Source: an uncultured Polyangiales bacterium
Lineage (GTDB): Bacteria > Myxococcota_A > Polyangia > Polyangiales > DASUME01
Length of the DNA stretch: 61,758 nucleotides
Direction of reading: 5' to 3'
Assembly (NCBI GenBank): GCA_964515685.1
Contig: CAZEWA010000003.1
Coordinates: forward strand, 1 to 61,758
This document shows, one piece after another, positions 37,066 through 45,704 of the stretch. The position numbers and the translations under genes were made by a program. Within the stretch, counting starts at the first letter, position 1; every line of letters begins with the position of its first letter. A model generated the notes under the pieces. It saw nothing but the letters and a program-made list of their open reading frames with translations, did no database searches and was not told where the DNA came from.

Positions 37066-37561
37066 AGTGTGTGCCGATGCCGAGCTGACGCGTCTCGAGC
37101 TTCACATTGCGCTCACTCAGGAACCAACGCCCGCGCTCGAAACGAAAGCGGTCGTGGTAGCGCCCGACCAAGAACAGTCTGCTCGCACCAGCTTCGAGAT
37201 GGGCCTCGCCCACGTCGCTTATGGTTTCGTACAAAGCCAACGACGTGATGGCCTTGACGGTGCCGTTTTGCTGCGGCTCGTAGGCGTACAGGACGCCGTG
37301 CCTAAACCACTTGGCATGGTTTACGTGGTGTTTGGGGAGCAGCTCAAAGAGTGCAGCGAGCCCAGCTTGATCGTGCTCGAGCCACGTCATCTCCTTGCGG
37401 ATCTCGGGGCTGTAGGTGGTGATGTGGTAGCGCAGGTCAGAGGTCGTGTTTTCCAGCCAGGCACCGAAGTGTCCGGCGTCGAGCTGGAGAATTCCTCGGT
37501 AGATGGTTTCCTTGATCTCGGTGCGAAACTGGGCCGCTTGAAAGGCTTCGGTTTGAGTCAT
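37055..37561 (-). CDS. Aromatic-ring-hydroxylating oxygenase beta subunit (SnoaL/NTF2-like fold)
   Basis: About 168 aa from MTQTEAFQAAQFRTEIKETIYRG. ATGA overlap with the alpha-subunit stop at 37558. The length, position and ...RYHITTYS...RLFLVGRYHDRF pattern fit small subunits. Confidence 0.75.
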   Translation of the reverse strand: MTQTEAFQAAQFRTEIKETIYRGILQLDAGHFGAWLENTTSDLRYHITTYSPEIRKEMTWLEHDQAGLAALFELLPKHHVNHAKWFRHGVLYAYEPQQNGTVKAITSLALYETISDVGEAHLEAGASRLFLVGRYHDRFRFERGRWFLSERNVKLETRQLGIGTHFIV

Positions 37562-38895
37562 GTCTCTGCTCCAGACGTCTGGAGAATGCTGAGGGCGCGC
37601 GGGCGTGGGGTCTCGCGGCCTTGAATCTCGAACGGTGCGCGTGCGTCGCGCTGCATGCGCCGTGACCACTCGGCGTAGTAGTGGCGCAGGCCGGCTTCGT
37701 CGTGGATGGACGAGTCTTCAATGCGACCTTGCAGAACATGCAGGCTCTCGCTGCCGCGCCGCATGCCGAGCCCCTGACTGACTACGCCCAGTAAGTCTTC
37801 GGGCAGATTGCGACCAAAGGGACCCCAGATGGTGTTGTGATCGCGGACGCGCTTTGCGCGTTGTTCGGACGTGTCACTACGCAGGCCCACGCCTCGGAAT
37901 TCGATGAGAACCTTGTCCACGTCGATAGGCGTCATGGTGTCGATGCGCAGGGCCGAACCACGCAGGTTGATGGCGATGCCTGGGAACAGATCGAGCAGTT
38001 TCCAGCCGTTTTCTGCAAGACCTGGGAACGAGGCCGACTGTCGGCTCTCCGCGAGAGCCACCTGCTTCGCTTCATAGGCTGTGTACTGCACCGTCATAGA
38101 GCTCACGGTGACATGTCCATTGTCGAAGGCGTCGTAGCGGCGGTCGTAGTAGCCCGCCTGCTGCATGCTGGTCACCTTGTTAAAGTGGTGCATGTAGTCG
38201 TGATAGAATTCGCTGTTGGTCTCGTGCCACAACTTGTAGTTTGTCTGCACCACCGCCTTGTGGTGATGAAACACCTCGAGCGGTTCAGCCGTGAGATGCG
38301 GGCCAATGGCGTCAAATGCTTTGCCGATATGCTCTTCGAGTGGCACGGGGCTTGGATCGAGGTTGAGCCAGACGAAGCCGCCATAGCCCACCTCGCAGGC
38401 AATCTCCCTGAGCTGAGCCTCGGCGCACTCCAAGCGGTCTTGATAGCCCGCCTTGCGCCGCGGGATCGAGGTGCACTGGCCCTGAGCATTGAACTGCCAG
38501 GCGTGGAACATACAGGTGATGTGCTTGGGGCCGCCAGATGGGCTCGATGTGCCGAGGTTGCCCGCAGGTTCGCGCAGCAGCAAGGCGCCCCGATGCGGAC
38601 ATACGTTCAAGAACGCGCGCACCTTGAGGTCTTCGCCGCGTACGATGAGGATGGGCTCACGCGCGATGACCGTGGTTCGATAGTCGAGCGCTTCGGGCAG
38701 CTCGCTCTCGTGCACGGCTAGCAGCCAGGTTTTGCGCCAGATCTTCGTGAGCTCTTCTTCAAACAGGCCCTTGTCTGTGTAGATCGCGCTGTCGACGTAG
38801 GGGATTTTGGGGCTGCCCAGGCGCTGGCGCCAGGGGCGTTGATCTTGTCCAGTCATGTCTGACCTCCAATCTTCGATGGGTTCTTCGAGCGTCAC
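37558..38895 (-). CDS. Rieske [2Fe-2S] non-heme-iron oxygenase alpha subunit
   Basis: 445 aa. Rieske ligands CPHRGALL...CMFHAWQF. Catalytic-domain His/Asp region (EFYHDYMHH). Confidence 0.9.
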   Translation of the reverse strand: MTLEEPIEDWRSDMTGQDQRPWRQRLGSPKIPYVDSAIYTDKGLFEEELTKIWRKTWLLAVHESELPEALDYRTTVIAREPILIVRGEDLKVRAFLNVCPHRGALLLREPAGNLGTSSPSGGPKHITCMFHAWQFNAQGQCTSIPRRKAGYQDRLECAEAQLREIACEVGYGGFVWLNLDPSPVPLEEHIGKAFDAIGPHLTAEPLEVFHHHKAVVQTNYKLWHETNSEFYHDYMHHFNKVTSMQQAGYYDRRYDAFDNGHVTVSSMTVQYTAYEAKQVALAESRQSASFPGLAENGWKLLDLFPGIAINLRGSALRIDTMTPIDVDKVLIEFRGVGLRSDTSEQRAKRVRDHNTIWGPFGRNLPEDLLGVVSQGLGMRRGSESLHVLQGRIEDSSIHDEAGLRHYYAEWSRRMQRDARAPFEIQGRETPRPRALSILQTSGAET

Positions 38896-39725
38896 GCACC
38901 GTGCGTGGCGGCTCCTGAAATAAATCGTGCGCCATCGAGCGGATGGGTCTCCGCACCGGCGCTTAAGGCTGCCGTGCCCAGGTTGTCGCGCGTGTGACCG
39001 AGCACCGCGTCCAAGAGTCGCGCGCAGAGCCTGCCCACTTCCGGCATCTCACGGGATCGCGCGCGCGGCAGGTCGATGCGCACGTCTTCGAGTACGCGTC
39101 CCTCATCGAACACCAGCACGCGGTCTCCGAGCAAGACTGCTTCCTCGACGTCGTGGGTCACCAGCACGGACGTGAAGCCATGGTGCTGCCACAGCGACTC
39201 TACAAGGCGTTGGGCACCCACGCGCGTGAGCGCATCGAGCGCACCAAATGGCTCGTCGAGCAACATCACGCTCGGCTGGTGTACGAGTGCGCGCGCCAGG
39301 GATACGCGCTGGCGTTGGCCTCCCGACAGGACTCCAGGATATTCAGTTGCACGATCACTGAGCCCGACCTGCTCGAGCACTTTCAGCCCCCGTGCGTACT
39401 CGGCCTTGGGCAGCCCTATCATTACGTTATCGAGCACACTCCGCCACGGCAGCAGACGTGGTTCTTGAAACACCACTTTGACGCCATCGGAGACGTCGCT
39501 ACCTGCGGCATTGCGGATATGCGCGCTGCCCTGACTCGGAACGTCCAGGCCCGACAGGATTCTGAGTAAGGTGCTCTTGCCGGAGCCGCTGCGGCCGACG
39601 ATGGTCACGAACTCGGAAGGTTCGATTTGTAGGTCGATTCCGCGCAGGGCAGGGCGGACGCCGAATTCCTTGTGCAGCGCCTGTAGGCTGATGCCTGCGC
39701 CGCGGGCTTCTCTTGTTTCGGTCAT
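38892..39725 (-). CDS. ABC transporter ATP-binding protein (NitT/TauT family)
   Basis: Walker A IVGRSGSGKSTLL, signature LSGGQRQRVSLARAL, Walker B MLLDEPFGALD. Confidence 0.9.
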   Translation of the reverse strand: MTETREARGAGISLQALHKEFGVRPALRGIDLQIEPSEFVTIVGRSGSGKSTLLRILSGLDVPSQGSAHIRNAAGSDVSDGVKVVFQEPRLLPWRSVLDNVMIGLPKAEYARGLKVLEQVGLSDRATEYPGVLSGGQRQRVSLARALVHQPSVMLLDEPFGALDALTRVGAQRLVESLWQHHGFTSVLVTHDVEEAVLLGDRVLVFDEGRVLEDVRIDLPRARSREMPEVGRLCARLLDAVLGHTRDNLGTAALSAGAETHPLDGARFISGAATHGA

Positions 39726-39728
39726 GAT

Positions 39729-40526
39729 CTACTCCGCGTCCATTCGCTGCATGCGAGGTTGCCAGGGAAGAAGCGCGCGCTCTGCAGCGCGGGCGGCGAC
39801 GTCGGCGAGCTTGCCGAGCAGGGCCCAAAGCACGATGGTGAGCACCAGCACGTCCATCTGCATGAACTCGCGGGCATTCAACGCCACGTAACCCAAGCCT
39901 GCCTCGGCCCCGATATGTTCGGCCACGATCAACACCAACCAGGCGAGTCCAAGAGCAAATCGCAGGCCAACTAGAATCGATGGCAGTGCGCCAGGGAGAA
40001 TCACCTCGCGGTACAGCGTGAGACCACGCAGGTTGTAGACGTGGGCCATCTCGATCAGCTGCGGGTCCACACTGCGCACGCCGTGGAAGGTGTTGAGGTA
40101 AACCGGGAACAATACGGTGATGGCGACGATGAACAGCTTGGCTGTCTCACCAAGGCCAAACCAGAGAATCACCAGGGGCACCAGGGCCAGGGCTGGCACA
40201 GCGCGCAGCATCTGCAGCGGACCATCCAGGACGAGCTGCAGCTTGCGTGACAGACCACTGGCCAGGCCCAACACAAGGCCGAGGCTTGCGCCGATTACGA
40301 GCCCAAACAGGGCGCGCAGTGCACTCACGCCCAGGTGTTTGTCGAGCGACCCCTGCCGGAACCCTCGCTCCGCAGCGGACAGCACGTCGAGCGGTGCGGG
40401 CAGCAGCGTGGCGGAGATGATCCCGAGACGGGACAGCAGCTCCCAGACGAGAACCAGCAGCGTCGGTGCGATCCAAGGCGCAACGCGCCGCGTCCACTTA
40501 CCGGTCCCCTGACTTAGAACACTCAT
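39729..40526 (-). CDS. ABC transporter permease, NitT/TauT family
   Basis: I prefer the start MSVLSQGTGKW (ATG at 40526; ATGA overlap with the stop of the binding-protein gene at 40523). Multi-TM with an EAA-type loop (LIEMAHVYNLRGLTLYREVILPGALP). Confidence 0.85.
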   Translation of the reverse strand: MSVLSQGTGKWTRRVAPWIAPTLLVLVWELLSRLGIISATLLPAPLDVLSAAERGFRQGSLDKHLGVSALRALFGLVIGASLGLVLGLASGLSRKLQLVLDGPLQMLRAVPALALVPLVILWFGLGETAKLFIVAITVLFPVYLNTFHGVRSVDPQLIEMAHVYNLRGLTLYREVILPGALPSILVGLRFALGLAWLVLIVAEHIGAEAGLGYVALNAREFMQMDVLVLTIVLWALLGKLADVAARAAERALLPWQPRMQRMDAE

Positions 40527-41545
40527 GGCTTTTTGTAGGCGGCCGTCGGAAGGAAGGCTTCTGAGGTCTTGATGGCGTTCGGGATGACGTCGATTTGATG
40601 GAACGTGTCGGCGATTTTTTGCTGCTTTTGGAGGACCTGTTCCGTAATTTCCTGCAGGCCGTAGGGGTGGCGTTTCTCCGTGATCAGCAGTGCTTCGTAG
40701 GAGATGCCAGACGATGCGGCGAGGATGGTCGCGGCCTCTTCGGGATGGCCTGCGGCCCACTCGCTCAGGGTCTGATATTCAGCGAGCACTGCTTTGACGA
40801 TGTCTGTGTGTTTCTCCGCGAACTCGCGACGCACAACGTAGAAGAGATAGTTGTCGACCAGCCCCTCACCATCGCGAAGCACGCGTGCACCCGCGACCTC
40901 CGCCGCGGCCAGGAAGGGATCCCAGATTACCCATGCGTCGATACGGCCGCCCTCGAAGGCTGCTCGCGCATCTGCGGGTGCGAGCGATGTGAGCTGAATG
41001 TCTGCCAAGGTCAGCTTGGCTTCTTCGAGCGCGCGCAGCAGCAAGTAGTGCACGTTGGAGCCGCGGTTGAGTGCGACACGCTTGCCCTTTAAATCCGCGA
41101 CCGTTTTGATCTTGGAGTCCTTCGGCACCACGATGGCTTCGGCCTTGGGTGCGGGCGGATCGGCCGCGACGTACACGAACGGTACGCCACCTGACTGCGC
41201 GAACACGGGAGGGGTTTCCCCCACGTAGCCCAGGTCTACGGCCCCTGCGCGCACCGCTTCGAGCAGCGCTGGGCCCGACGGAAACTCTATCCATTCGGCT
41301 CGGCTGTTGACGGCGGCAAGGCTCTTCACCAGGTTTTCATCGCGCCCTTTCAGCAGAAATGGCGGACCTATTTTCTGAAAGCCCAGGCGTATCGGCGTCA
41401 GTTCTTTGGGCTGAGGCACACTAGGAGCATCGCTCGCGTGGGCCTTATCCGCTTGGGGCTCGGCAGTTTGTCCAGACGTGCACCCTACAAAAAGCATGGT
41501 TAGGAGCAGCACTGCAGTGCGCCGTGAGAATGAGATGGATCGCAT
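40523..41545 (-). CDS. ABC substrate-binding lipoprotein, SsuA-like (sulfonate family)
   Basis: 340 aa. Lipobox LFVGC. IRLGFQKIGPPFLLKG, LKGKRVALNRGSNVHYLLLRALEEA, RIDAWVIWDPF. Confidence 0.85.
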   Translation of the reverse strand: MRSISFSRRTAVLLLTMLFVGCTSGQTAEPQADKAHASDAPSVPQPKELTPIRLGFQKIGPPFLLKGRDENLVKSLAAVNSRAEWIEFPSGPALLEAVRAGAVDLGYVGETPPVFAQSGGVPFVYVAADPPAPKAEAIVVPKDSKIKTVADLKGKRVALNRGSNVHYLLLRALEEAKLTLADIQLTSLAPADARAAFEGGRIDAWVIWDPFLAAAEVAGARVLRDGEGLVDNYLFYVVRREFAEKHTDIVKAVLAEYQTLSEWAAGHPEEAATILAASSGISYEALLITEKRHPYGLQEITEQVLQKQQKIADTFHQIDVIPNAIKTSEAFLPTAAYKKP

Positions 41546-41576
41546 GACTTTGGCCTTTTTAGTGGAACGACAGAGA

Positions 41577-43076
41577 TCAGAAGAGCGCTTGGAGCCGCGC
41601 GCCGACGAGGTTCTCGCTGCGCAGCTTTTGTGCGCCCTGAGCCGCCGTGAACTGCGTGTGCTCGAAGTTGAGCATCAGGCGTACGACATCCGTCGGGATC
41701 CAGTTGAGACCGCCGCCGTATGCCGTGGCGCTCTTGGCTGCGACATTCGGATTGGCGAAGGTGGGGAAGAGCTGGCTGTCGTAGTCGATGTGCTCGAAGC
41801 GTCCGACCAGCTCGAACGCGCCAAGGCTGCCGGTGGACAAATCGAACGGACGCTTGGGCGAGACGATGTCGAGCAGCAGGGCCTTCTCGCCCGTGAGCAC
41901 CAGTGAGCCCACGGCGTGATAGGCGTGATGGGTGACGGTCTTGGTGGTCGAGCCCGTGCTCAGACGCTCTGTGGCCCTTATGTACTCGGCGTACACGCTG
42001 AGCGGTCCGGCAACGTAGGAGGCCTGCGGCACCAGGCGCACCACGCGTCCGTTGGCGAATGCGGTGGCGGTCGGATCGGTCGGATTGACCACGGTAGAGA
42101 AGAACGTGCGGCCACCCAGTGTGCGCGCATTGCCCGTCAGCGGATTGGCTGCGTTGCCTCTGTGTACGCCGTAGCTGCCGCCGAAGCCCAGGCCGAGGCC
42201 TGCCAATAGCGGGAGATCTAGGCTTGCGAAAGGGCGCAAAAAGACGCGTCCGATGCCGTCCTTGCCGGAATCTTGATCGACTTCGTAGTGCTGGTTGGCA
42301 GGGGCGCCATTGCTCAGCATGGCGGAGTATTCGAAGACTTTATTGTCGGTTGCGCCCCAGAGCATCGGACCGAACTCGGAGATAGGCAGCAGCGTGGAGG
42401 CGAGGCCGTGCTCGAGCAGCACGATCTTGAGCGGCAGCGTGGCGCGCTCGAGGGAAAGCGGAGACAACACCTTGCCGACGCGCAGGTGCAGAAGCTTGTG
42501 CGCCTGGACATCGAGCCAGGCATTGACGACGGTCACGCTCTTGTCCGCGAAGCCGACGATGAGCTTGCCCGTTACGTTCTTGTAGAGCGTGGCGCTGAAA
42601 ATCGGGCCAAAAAAGCGTGGGTAAAACGCATCGCCATTCTTGGGCAGGTTGTTGTTGAGCGTGGCCTTACCATCGAACATGAAGGGAAAGCGAATGTTGA
42701 AGCCGAAGCGTCCGTCCGCGGTTTGCGCGTTGAAGCCCTTGGGGCCCAGGGTCACGAGAGCGGGAGGCGGCGCGGCAAGGGGCGCGACCACTTTCGCTGC
42801 GCTCGTCGCGATGGGCTCGGGTTGCGCGGCAGAAGCAGGTGTAGCGCCGAGGCTTACTTGGACCTGCGACGGCGGAATGTCCTGGGTACGAGAATCCGTC
42901 GCGAAATTAGGCGAAGATTCGGCGCCTGTGGCCTGGGCCGGTGCTGGATTCGACTCCGCTTGTACCGCTTGAGCCACGGTAGGAGTTGGCTCGGGTGCGG
43001 AGTCTGGCGTGGCCTCTTGGGCGAGCGCCCGACTGCTCATAAGCATCAGAAGACTAAGTGCCCTGACGGATCGCAT
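41577..43076 (-). CDS. Outer-membrane porin (OprO/OprP-like phosphate/anion-selective porin fold)
   Basis: 499 aa. Signal peptide, P/A/S-rich linker, beta-strand periodicity, C-terminal LVGARLQALF ending in Phe (beta-barrel signal). It is the first gene of the sulfonate-ABC/Rieske operon. Confidence 0.65.
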   Translation of the reverse strand: MRSVRALSLLMLMSSRALAQEATPDSAPEPTPTVAQAVQAESNPAPAQATGAESSPNFATDSRTQDIPPSQVQVSLGATPASAAQPEPIATSAAKVVAPLAAPPPALVTLGPKGFNAQTADGRFGFNIRFPFMFDGKATLNNNLPKNGDAFYPRFFGPIFSATLYKNVTGKLIVGFADKSVTVVNAWLDVQAHKLLHLRVGKVLSPLSLERATLPLKIVLLEHGLASTLLPISEFGPMLWGATDNKVFEYSAMLSNGAPANQHYEVDQDSGKDGIGRVFLRPFASLDLPLLAGLGLGFGGSYGVHRGNAANPLTGNARTLGGRTFFSTVVNPTDPTATAFANGRVVRLVPQASYVAGPLSVYAEYIRATERLSTGSTTKTVTHHAYHAVGSLVLTGEKALLLDIVSPKRPFDLSTGSLGAFELVGRFEHIDYDSQLFPTFANPNVAAKSATAYGGGLNWIPTDVVRLMLNFEHTQFTAAQGAQKLRSENLVGARLQALF

Positions 43077-43188
43077 TCTGCTTCCTCTGTTGGTAGTGCC
43101 CTTTTGGCGACTAAGAGCAGGGTGCGTGCCAACCTCCGTAAGGCAGGTCTGAGTGCGTGTTTGTCCTCTGTTCTGCTGATGAAGACGA

Positions 43189-43216
43189 CTCGGCTGCTGC
43201 TCTTGCAGCAGTCGAG
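43189..43216 (-). terminator. Stem-loop downstream of the kinase gene
   Basis: CTCGGCTGCTGC-tctt-GCAGCAGTCGAG. It forms a 12-bp stem with one non-Watson-Crick position (a C-A mismatch on the minus-sense RNA), about 100 nt after the kinase stop. There is no clear U-tract. Confidence 0.3.
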
Positions 43217-43315
43217 CAGCAGACTCTGTGCAAATCGCAGCGATCGAGTCGGACGGTCAGTCTATGTCAGGGCGTAGCAGTCGGCGCGTGCAGCTCCGAC
43301 GCGCGCAGCCAGCAC

Positions 43316-45130
43316 TCAGCGCACGAGCAAGCCGACACCAGGATGCGTGTAAGGCGGTGCGCCAAAGCGCGAGGGATCGACGCTGAGCTTGGCTGCCAGG
43401 GTGAGCACATGGCGCTCGGCGGCCTGGGCGCGCTCGGTGTCTGCTTGTGCAGCGTCTGCTGGCTCGGCATCCGCCAGTTCTTCGGCGTAGCGGAAATCGC
43501 TGGCGCGCTCTTCTGGCAAACGTTCCCCGAAGTCGAGCTCGGTTTTACCCTCCGCGTGGACATAGGCGCGCAGGAGCTCGCCTCGCTCGGCCACTGCGAA
43601 GACGATGCCTGACACGGCGGCGTCGGTTCCGAACAGGCACACGCGGCACTGCAGGGTTTGGCTCAGACCACCGAGTACGCTGCGCAGCTCGTCGAGGCTG
43701 CGTGTGCGCGGGGCATAGCCGAGTGCCAACACCTGACCGTCTTGTTCGGGCGTAAGGTACACGCCGCGTGGACTTACCTTGCCGTTTGCGCAGTCGACGC
43801 CGCGTGTCCAGCTGCACAAGTCTGCGCGCCGGCCGGCAAAGCGCGTGTCCACGGCTTGCAGCGCATTGAGGGCTTGTGCGGGTTCGCTCGCGCGCATCGA
43901 GAGCCACTGCGCATCGGGTCCGAACGGGCAAGGCGGCTCAGCTCCGCGAGGCAGCGGGGGCGAGATGCGCTCGGTCAGCCAGCGCAGCGAAAACCAGCTC
44001 ATGTCTGTCTCGTGGCTGACAGGACGCATGGACTCGTTGCCGCTGCGTGTGATGCTGGCGAGCGAGCTAAACGAGAGCACTGCATCTCGCAGTGGGTGTT
44101 CGCTGTCTTGGGCCTTTTCGTGCGCGCTGCCGGCTGCGGCGCGCTCGCGACGGGCCATGGCGTAGCGAACCATGTGGCTCACGTCGGCGGCTGTGACTCG
44201 CAGCTCGTGGCGCGCCAGGTACTCGGCAATCGCCGCGCGTATCTCGCGCGCCGTCTGAAACCTGACTTCTCGATCCCTGGCCAACATCTTCTGCAGCAGC
44301 GCATCGAGCTCGGTATCGACACCTGGGCGCAGGCCGTGCAGCGCCGGCACCTCGGTCTTCTGAACGTTCTTCACGGTGGCGTAGTCCGTGTCGGCTAAAA
44401 ACAGGCGCCTACCTGCGAGGGCCTCCCACAGCACGACCCCCAGCGAGAACAAGTCGGCACGCGCATCGACCGCTTGCCCCAGCGCGGCCTCGGGCGAGAG
44501 ATAGCCGTACTTGCCCTTCACCACGCCGGGATCCGTGGCCTCGAGCTGCGTCGTGGCTTTGGCCAGGCCGAAGTCCATCAGCTTCACTTCGCCGCTCTTG
44601 GTGAGCATCACGTTCGGCGGAGAGACGTCGCGATGGACGATGTTGAGCTGCGCGCCGCGCTCATCGCACAGCTCGTGTGCGTGGCCTAGCGCGCTGCACA
44701 GCTCCATCACGATGAAGAGCGCTTCTCGAATGCCGGGGCGTCGCTTGTGCTTCTGCAGCTGGTCGAGCAGGCTCTTGAGGTCGAGGCCATCGACGAGCTC
44801 CATCACGATGAAGTAGCTGCCGTCGGCCGCCCCCACATCGAAGACACGCACGATGTTCGGGTGGTTGAGGCGCACGCCGATACGGGCTTCATCGAGGAAC
44901 ATGCGGGCGAAGCGCTCGTTGTGCGCAAGGTTCGGGAGAACGCGCTTGAGGGCGACGGGATTACCGGCCCTCTCCCCGTGCAGCGCCTCGCCCAGAAAGA
45001 CCTCTGCCATGCCCCCTGTCTCGAGGAGGCGTGTCACGCGGTAACGTTGTTCTTCAAAGCTCTCTGGCATCGTCGCGACAGATCTCGTTGCTGGGCGTGC
45101 ATGTATCATATGCGCGCAAAGAGAACTCAT
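43316..45130 (-). CDS. Hanks-type serine/threonine protein kinase with a ~300-aa C-terminal domain of unknown function
   Basis: GGMAEVFLG glycine loop, VALKRV lysine, catalytic loop IVHRDVSPPNVML, DFGLAK, YLSPEA. No TM segment is evident. The start is probably the ATG at 45070 (MPESFEEQRYRV). Confidence 0.9.
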   Translation of the reverse strand: MSSLCAHMIHARPATRSVATMPESFEEQRYRVTRLLETGGMAEVFLGEALHGERAGNPVALKRVLPNLAHNERFARMFLDEARIGVRLNHPNIVRVFDVGAADGSYFIVMELVDGLDLKSLLDQLQKHKRRPGIREALFIVMELCSALGHAHELCDERGAQLNIVHRDVSPPNVMLTKSGEVKLMDFGLAKATTQLEATDPGVVKGKYGYLSPEAALGQAVDARADLFSLGVVLWEALAGRRLFLADTDYATVKNVQKTEVPALHGLRPGVDTELDALLQKMLARDREVRFQTAREIRAAIAEYLARHELRVTAADVSHMVRYAMARRERAAAGSAHEKAQDSEHPLRDAVLSFSSLASITRSGNESMRPVSHETDMSWFSLRWLTERISPPLPRGAEPPCPFGPDAQWLSMRASEPAQALNALQAVDTRFAGRRADLCSWTRGVDCANGKVSPRGVYLTPEQDGQVLALGYAPRTRSLDELRSVLGGLSQTLQCRVCLFGTDAAVSGIVFAVAERGELLRAYVHAEGKTELDFGERLPEERASDFRYAEELADAEPADAAQADTERAQAAERHVLTLAAKLSVDPSRFGAPPYTHPGVGLLVR

Positions 45131-45283
45131 GCGGGATAGGCGTGGCTACGCGCTCCAGCGTTTCGGGCGCGGCGTCCAAGGCGCCCTTGGGCTCTCTGAA
45201 AACTCGCGCTTTTCTCGCTTACCGCAGCGGCGTGGTTTGCCCCGGGCTGAGGAAAGTTACAACCATACTGCGTGTTATGTCGC

Positions 45284-45355
45284 CCAGACATATCCGGATA
45301 CTAATCCAGACATGGCCGTAGATCGTCCAGATATGTATTAAATTGGCCAAGACAT
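45284..45355. promoter_or_regulatory. Four phased direct repeats CCAGACAT / CCAGACAT / CCAGATAT / CCAAGACAT at 20-22 bp spacing
   Basis: Copies at 45284-45291, 45306-45313, 45327-45334 and 45347-45355, with a weaker fifth copy (CCAGGCGG) at 45369. They sit in a conspicuously AT-richer patch of the 575-bp gap between the vgrG-like stop and the kinase start. That the repeats exist is certain; their function is inferred. Confidence 0.5.
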
Positions 45356-45388
45356 GAATGAGGAAATTCCAGGCGGGTTGCATCGTGT

Positions 45389-45408
45389 ATCGCCATTCAA
45401 ATGGCGAT
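45389..45408. other. Perfect 8-bp-stem hairpin/palindrome ATCGCCAT-tcaa-ATGGCGAT
   Basis: Read directly from the sequence. It lies immediately after the phased repeats. Confidence 0.4.
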
Positions 45409-45704
45409 GTGTGACAAGGAGTTGTGCCCCTACAAGCGCGGAAGACGCGCAGCCCCGTATTCGAAGGAGTCGTGTGTGCGTCCCTATAGGTAGGCGCTAA
45501 GAGCGTCGCCCAGTGAGTAGAGGACGACTTCCTGGCAACCTACTGCTTCAGGGAGATCAGGCGCGGCACGGCTCGCACGTGCCGGGGCTCGCCGCCTATG
45601 CTGCGTCGAAGCCTGCAGCGGAGGTGGAGCGCGCCATCGAGCCCAAAATCGAGCCCACTTTCTCGATATCTCGATCTCGCGGAGTAGCGGGGGTACCGAG
45701 CGCG

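Noticed and set aside
45240-45480. The low-GC patch, considered as a remnant of an insertion sequence or an integration site.
   Set aside because: There is no transposase or integrase ORF, no terminal inverted repeats, and no flanking tRNA or direct target duplication. I interpret it as regulatory intergenic DNA instead.
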